Assembly: GCF_009914755.1 (NCBI RefSeq)
Contig: NC_060939.1
Strand: one strand, 5' to 3'
Source: the human T2T-CHM13v2.0 reference genome, Homo sapiens
DNA length: 64,000 nucleotides
Of the stretch, positions 57,588-64,000 are shown piece by piece. Below the pieces are notes generated by a model. That model ran no database searches and was not told where the DNA came from. It saw only the letters and a program-made list of their open reading frames with translations. Position 1 is the stretch's first letter; each line of letters opens with the position of its first letter. The translations under genes and the position numbers were made by a program.

Positions 57588-57730
57588 TTTTTTCCTCCTC
57601 CTCCTCCTCCTCCCCCTCCCCCTCCTCCTCCCCCTCCTCCCCCTCCTCCTCCTCCCCCTCCTCCCCCCTTCCTCCCCCTCCCCCCTCCCCTCCCCCTCCT
57701 CCCTCCCCTCCCCCTCCTCCTCCTCTTTCC
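57588..57730. repeat. Pure C/T tract (CCT/CCCCT repeats) inside a MIR-like element
   Basis: 143 nt without a purine; MIR-like flank ttgggcaagttact...tttcttcatc. Confidence 0.93.
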
Positions 57731-59451
57731 AGCATGAGACATTGGGCAAGTTACTGTGACCTGTGGACCCATTTCTTCATCAGCAAGAAGAGGACAAGAA
57801 TGTCTACCTCCGGGGGTCACTGTGAGGGTTAAAGGAGGTAGTTATGCAAAGCACTGGCCAGTGGGCTTGACAACTGCTTGACAAGAAGGGTTTGACAAGA
57901 GCCAGGATCTTGGCAGATGACGGCTCTGCATGCTCCCAGAGAAGCGGGAGGCAGGGCGGTGTGCCCAGGTTCCTTCCAACCCCTGACCCAGCATGTAGAG
58001 GAAGAGGCTGCTACCTGTCTAATATCTACGCTCCCTTTACTTGGCGTTGGAGTCCTGGAGTTTCCTCGGGGCACTTTCCAGTCCCGCTCGCAGTCAGGCG
58101 TGGATGTGACTGAGTTCTAGCTGTTGGGAAAATGGAGAAGTTATGGTGCAACTTCTGGGACATGCCCTTAAAACAGGCTTGCCCATCACTTTCTCTCCTC
58201 CCCTTTCCACTGGCTGGAATGCAGATGGGATGGCCGGGGCTGCGAAGGCCAGGGTGGACCAGGAAACCGCTGCCTTGCATGGAAGACGGCAGGGCAGGGA
58301 GAGAGGGGGTGGGAGTTGGAGAGAGAGGGAGAGAGGGGGAGAGAGTTGGAGCCCTGTGGGCCACAGCTGGCTCACACTCACCCTGTGACTGTGTGACAGG
58401 GAACTTCACCTCTGCTGCTGTCTGGACTCTAGCTGGAGCCAACTCCTGGCTTTGGATGCCCAGAGTGAAGCGCTCAGGCCTGTGTGGAAGTGGTAGCGTT
58501 CACCTGTGGTCCCCACCACTGCTACAGGAGCAGACAGTGCGAGGCAGAGTCCCAGGATGCCCCTCCCAGGGCTGCACCTCTGGGCAGGGGGAGGGACGAG
58601 GCCCTCTGTGCTCTTGGCTCTTCTACACGCACCATACTCACCTCTGAGACACACCCGCTCAAGATCATTCCATTTTCTAAGGAATCTGGCGTCATGCCCC
58701 TACGCCAGCATCAGAAGCACTTCTTACACTGTGAAGGCGCTATTTGGATTTTGTGGGCCAGCACACCACTGAGCACCACGGAAGCCACTGCTGAGAGCCA
58801 CCGTGCTGGGGCACCTCCGGGTTCCTGTTCACAGCAGAGCCACCCTGCACGCAGGCTGCGCCACGGCATGACCTTCTCGGGCTGCCCGCTGTCTGAGGGG
58901 CGCCTGAAGGTGAGATCACAAAACACAGAACACGATGTTTACCCGTGAGCATACGCTTGAGCTCATGAGGTTCATGGTGACTATGAAAACGCACAAGGAG
59001 GGCAGGTAGCCCAGGGCCCACGGTGCAACCAGTGGGCGCAACGGTGCCGTGAGCTGGCGCTGCGGCCGTGAAGCTGCCTCCTGGAGCCATTTCGCCCCTC
59101 TGAATGGCGCTCGGGTTATTTTCAGACAAAGGAGCATCAACTGGAGGTTCTGCCTTTTCGAATGGATGGAATTACATTCCCAACTTCTATTTACCAGAGT
59201 TTCCAGGAGAGAATCACTCTCAGGAGGGGCAGACAGGATCAGGACTCTCCACGGAATCAACTTCATGGCTTCTAAAGCAACTTCAGGAGGCACAGGAATG
59301 GGGAGACCTCTCATCTGGGTGGGTTCCCCCTTCCCAGCTCATGAGAGGGGCAGATGCCAGCAGGCAGGCCTTGAGCCTTGGCTGGTGGGACAAGACCAAA
59401 GTCAGCCACCAGCAATGTCTCCAAGACTGATCCCAGCACACAAGGCAGGCA

Positions 59452-61142
59452 AAGAATTTTCTCAACTCTTTTTATTAAGTTAGAAAACTGATAAAAGCAA
59501 CACAACTTTTGGGGAAAGCACCATGGCACGTCCTTTGTGCTATGTGATAAGTGTGCTTTATCTCAATGAAGCAACCCCACGGGTCCAGGCACCCTCCCTG
59601 CAGTCCCCGCGGCCAGGCTCCTGAGTGTGCCAGCTGAGCCGTCCCCTGGGACCACAGCCAAGTGCCTTCGGGCAGCTGGCCTGACACAGGCGGGGTCTGC
59701 TGGGTCTACAGGGTCCAAGGAGCCCCATGCAGCCAGTGCCCCATGGCGGGCGCGTCAGTGGGCAAACCCTGCCCAAAGGTCCCACCCCCAAGAGGCCTCC
59801 AGGACCCGCACCAAGGCATGGGGGACACTCGTGGCTGCTTAAGTAACTGGTATGTGCACAGCCCCCTCCGCGGCCCTAATCTTGAGCCAGCCAAGCAGTG
59901 TTCACACTGCAGGTGCCTGGGAAGCCCCAAGTTTGGACACCCTGCCCAGTCCCTGTCAGGGCACCAACACCCCTCCCTCTCAAATGGTGGCTTGGGAGTG
60001 AGCGAGAGGCATTAGGATGGTCACTGACAGGCGCCAACCTCTCCATAGCCCAGGTGTCAGGGAGGTGCTGGTGAGGGACCCCAGTGACTCAGGAGGTGAC
60101 AGCAATGAACAAATGTTCAGCAGTTCTCTCGGGGCCATTCTTATCTTGGAGCTCAGGGAGCAAATGGGGGCCAAAACGCAAGAGGATGGTGAGGGTCCCG
60201 TCACTGTCCTCCACACTGAGATGGATGCGGCCCTGGTGGGATCTGCAGGGGACACCCTGGGGTCCCTCTGCTGTCTCCAGCTCACAGCTGCTCCTGGTCT
60301 TGGAGGGCAGCGTGGTCTCCTGGGGAGAAGCCCCCAGTGCTGTTGGCAGGTGTGTGCCATGGGGGTCACTGCTGCCTCTCAGGGTGGGCTCTGAGGAGGG
60401 GAGGGGAGGGGTGACCCCCAGGGCACTCGGAGCCTTGAGTCTGCTGCAGGCCCAGCTCCACTGAGTGGCCACGAGCAACTGTGTCCCCACCGGGCCACAG
60501 CACTGAGCAAGGCCCTGAGTAGGTGGGCTGGGACTTACAGCTTTGTGGAAGGGGCCCACAAACCTTGGAGGTCTGGGTGTCCTTTGCTAATAAGGCCTCA
60601 TGGATGTCACTGAGGCCCCCCTGCAGTTTCTGCACCTTAAAAAATCTGTCTTGGTCACCTTTCTGGTCTCAACCCCTGGGAACCTAGTTTCCCAGGCCCA
60701 GGACACCATCTATAGATGGCAGTAGAGCCCCAGCAGGGCAGGCCAGGAGGGAAAGGATGTGTGGCAGTGCCGCAGCCCCAAAGCCCACCCGGGGCGCCTC
60801 CCTGCCCCTGCCTGCCCGGCCCCAGTCCAGGACCTGCCAAACAGGTGATCTCAAGGCTCTGCAAGTGTCCTTCTCCCCGACGCCAGGGTCAGTCCTGGTG
60901 GCAGTCCATGCCCCTCTGGGAGGTATGTCTTCCCACAAACCACTGCAAAGCTGAAGAGGCCCCCAGGGGCACGGATGCAAGAGATGCTTCTCTTCTCTTG
61001 CCTAAAGCTCAGAACAGCCCAAGGCTGCTGCTCCCCAGAGCTGGCAGGGCCCCTTCCACCTCTCGGAGTGCTGGCCCAGGGCCGGCTTAGCTCCCGCTGT
61101 GGCAGACAAGCAAGGCCACGCTGTGACACTGAAGGCCGCGGT
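59452..61142 (-). other. KLHL25: Non-coding terminal exon / 3' UTR of a convergent gene, probably KLHL25
   Basis: Minus-strand acceptor (ctgat branch, long pyrimidine tract, ccacag at 61143-61148) and minus-strand AATAAA at 59471-59476; gene name comes from recalled gene order, no KLHL25 CDS is in the window. Confidence 0.7.
59471..59476 (-). terminator. Polyadenylation signal AATAAA (minus strand)
   Basis: tttatt on + strand at the end of the putative terminal exon. Confidence 0.7.
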
Positions 61143-61329
61143 CTGTGGAGGGAGGAGAGGAAGAGAAAATCAATCAGTGGCCACATTGTTCTGTTCTGAC
61201 CTGATCTGGAACAAAATGACAATGACACAGCTGCCCATGAGGCTCGGGCGTGAGAACGCCAGATCCACCATTCACCGGCAGCGCAGTCTGGTGATTCAGG
61301 CACCCCAGGCCTGCTTTCCCCACTGAGTG

Positions 61330-61830
61330 GCAGGTGACTCAGGTGTCAACTTGATTGGATTCGGGGATACCCAGACGCCCGGGGACACATTACGTATTCT
61401 CAGTGCTGGAAGGGAAACCCAGGCGGCTTGGTACTTGATTCGAATGGCCAGGCCGCCCCAGTGAGTCTGTGCTTCCAGAGGTGACCGGCGTGAGAGCCGT
61501 GGTTGCAGGTGAGCACCATCAGATGGGCAGGGGCCCTGGTGGAATAAAAAGCTAAGGAAATGGGGACTCAGGTTTCTTTCTTCTGGAGCTAGGTTGCTCT
61601 TTTCCTGCCATCGGGCATCAGAGCTCCAGGTTCTCTGGCCTCTGGGACTTGCTGCCCACCACCCCACCCCCACCCCAGGCTCTTGGCTCTTTGTCCTTGG
61701 GCTGAGGTCTGTCCCCAGCTCTCCTGGTTCTGCAGCTTGCAGCCTATCATGGGACTTCTCAGCCTCTATCACCAAGTGAGCCAATTCCCCTAATAGAGTA
61801 AGTTCCCTCTCACATACCACTCCGAGGCCC
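61330..61830 (+). mobile_element. MLT2-like (ERVL) solo LTR
   Basis: gtgtcaacttgattggatt...ggacttctcagcctc...gtgagccaattccc motifs. Confidence 0.7.
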
Positions 61831-64000
61831 TGAAAGGAAAAGGTGAGCCCTCTCGCACAGGCGGGCACAGGCAGGCGGAGCACTCTAGCAACCCTGAGTG
61901 TTCATGCACTCCATAAGGCAAGGAGCCTCAGCAAAGCAGTGATTAATGGTGACGCTGTCCGCGGTTTTTGGCTTTGGTTGTATTTAAGCTGTACGTGTTA
62001 GTTTTAGTTGTGTAAGAACAAGAACATAAGGGGCTTTCTAGTTGTATGCTTGTGTGTATTAAGTAACCTTAGTTACATTTCAATTAAACACTGAAGCCAG
62101 CACTGAGGCTCCACGGCTGTCCCCTTTAAGTGGGGTACACCTCTCCATCCCACACAGTGCTGGGCCGTCTGTTCTCTGAAGGCTGCTTTGCAGGAATTCT
62201 GCCCTCCCCACGTGCTCAAGTTGTTTCCAGATACAGAGGCTGGGTTCGGCGACTGAGAAGGCCCCCAAATCCCTTCAAGCTCCTCACAAGTGAGAAGCTG
62301 GGGTCACAGGGGCCCTAACCATCCTGAGATGCTCTAAGACTGCAAACCCGAACCTCTGGGGCCTGGCTGCCCGGTCTTGGCCCCATCCCAGCACGCCACA
62401 TGCTGACATGTGGTCCCTTCAGGGCAAGGCCTCACTGCTACCTGGAACTAAACAGCCACGCTACCTACCTGGGGGTGTCCCCCAAGGCACCCTGAGTTGC
62501 TGAAAGGAATACAGATGACAGCTAGAGGCACAGGGGTTGGGGAGCCTCGGGGCCAGGCTCCTGTGTTCCCTCTCAGGCTGGGTCCCTTTAATTTTTGGCA
62601 GGTGCTCCCTGGGGCCTGGCCTCAACTGTGAAATGGGCTAATCCTCCAGCTTGCAGAGTGGACAAGGGTCAGCGGCCGCCCTGCACTTCCTGTGTGCAGC
62701 AGGTCTTGGCCAACGTGCATCCTGTGGGTTGTTGGTGTAGGGCCTGCCCCACTAGGCTCAGCCTGCCCCATCAAGGGTGGGATGCTGCTCTATCCCCCAG
62801 CCTGGCACAGGAACGAATGACTGCTGATGCCTGGACGGACGGACTCCGTCCTGGGCACTTGCTTAGCCAGGCCCAACCCTCAAGGCTGGCAGAAATCCTC
62901 AGGCCTGTGCTCTGGGATTTCCCATCTGTAGCAACTTCTTTAAGACAGGAGAGAATGTACTGTACTGTCCCTCCTGCAGCAGTGACGGAGCCCACAGTGG
63001 ATTAATGAGCTCGGCCTTTCCCAGAGCCAGGACTGGAACCCTGCCCTGCACCCCAGTGGCTAGGCCCCAGCAACACCCTGAAGAGAAGACAAGCTGTCGG
63101 CAGCCGGATGCCTGCCTTGCATTCGGCAGCCCCCCCATGCTGGAGGCGGGTGGGAAAGAAGGGTTGGGAGTCTGCGCCTTAAAGGGCCTGGAGTACGGGG
63201 TGCCCAGTGGGAGAGAAAGAGAGAGAAGGAGAGAATGTTCACAGCAAGATCACCCTTAGTGGGTAAGCGGGGGCCTCCTGCAGCCGCTGGCTGCTATCCC
63301 CTAGGCTGTGGATCCAACCGCAACACTGGAGCAAGGGGCTGCCCTGGAGGTCGCTCAGGTTCCAGCTCAGCAATTCCCCGCCGCTTCTGGACGGCTGCTG
63401 GCCAAGCCTGTGCTCTGTGCCAGGGGCGCAGACGTGAGGATGCCCGTGGCCAGCTCCCCAGAGGCGCCTGCAGGCAGGCGGCACACTCAGGGCTCAAGTC
63501 CTGCTCCAGCCCTGACTCACCATTCATGTGATGCCAACTGTCTCACCTCTCAGAGTCCTAGTGGGCGCCCTCCAACAGCAGGACCTACGACAAACAGCTC
63601 TGGAGAATGACAGGGAACTCGATGCAGACGCTCACACCTATGAAGAGCTCCAACAGGTGGCCAGAACAGGGGAAAAAAATGCTTGTGGACAAACAGGGGC
63701 CATGATCTGGGGTGCAGAGGCCACAGTGTGCAGGGGACCTCCTGGTGGCTTCTGAAGCTAACGTCAGAGTCTTACAGGATGGATGGAAAGGGGCCTCCAG
63801 GGACAGGGGCAGTTGGGCCCAGCTGGAGGCAGGAGACTCAGCCATGCTCGTGGGGACTAGCGAGAGCTGGACTTCTCACCAGCATCCTTGGCCTGATCCC
63901 CACTGCTGCCTGGGAGAGTAGCGTCAGGGAGGGAAACGTAGGGAGCGGGGTGGTCACAGAAGCCATCTCGGGCCCAGGCACTGCCAGACGACATTCTAGG

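Noticed and set aside
57508-57832. Poly-G/E/P/S ORFs
   Set aside because: Translations of the C/T simple repeat
55000-64000. Dense overlapping ORFs; possible KLHL25 coding sequence or miRNA
   Set aside because: GC-rich stop-poor DNA; no BTB or Kelch motif and no miRNA hairpin I can support

Overview
Human (primate) genomic DNA covering the 3' portion of AKAP13 (AKAP-Lbc RhoGEF) on the + strand. I resolved 20 coding exons from 8044 to 44691, all with GT-AG ends and consistent phases. They encode the end of the C1 domain, the DH-PH module, the coiled coil and the C-terminus ...EEIFC*. A ~4.7 kb 3' UTR ends near 49370. About 10 kb of GC-rich intergenic DNA follows, then the convergent non-coding last exon of a minus-strand gene (~59452-61142), most likely KLHL25 by recalled gene order. 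The introns are rich in Alu, MIR, L1, L2 and DNA-transposon relics. I see no clear new biological system. The best leads are: (1) a 219-bp, ~97% identical non-TE inverted repeat around a 1.28-kb spacer that carries a CTCF-like motif (candidate invertible segment or dsRNA hairpin); (2) a 135-bp near-perfect tandem duplication abutting a splice acceptor; (3) a cluster of NAGNAG acceptors; (4) an in-frame alternative donor adding 23 aa; (5) a very young AluYb insertion. Repeat subfamily calls and repeat boundaries are by eye and approximate.
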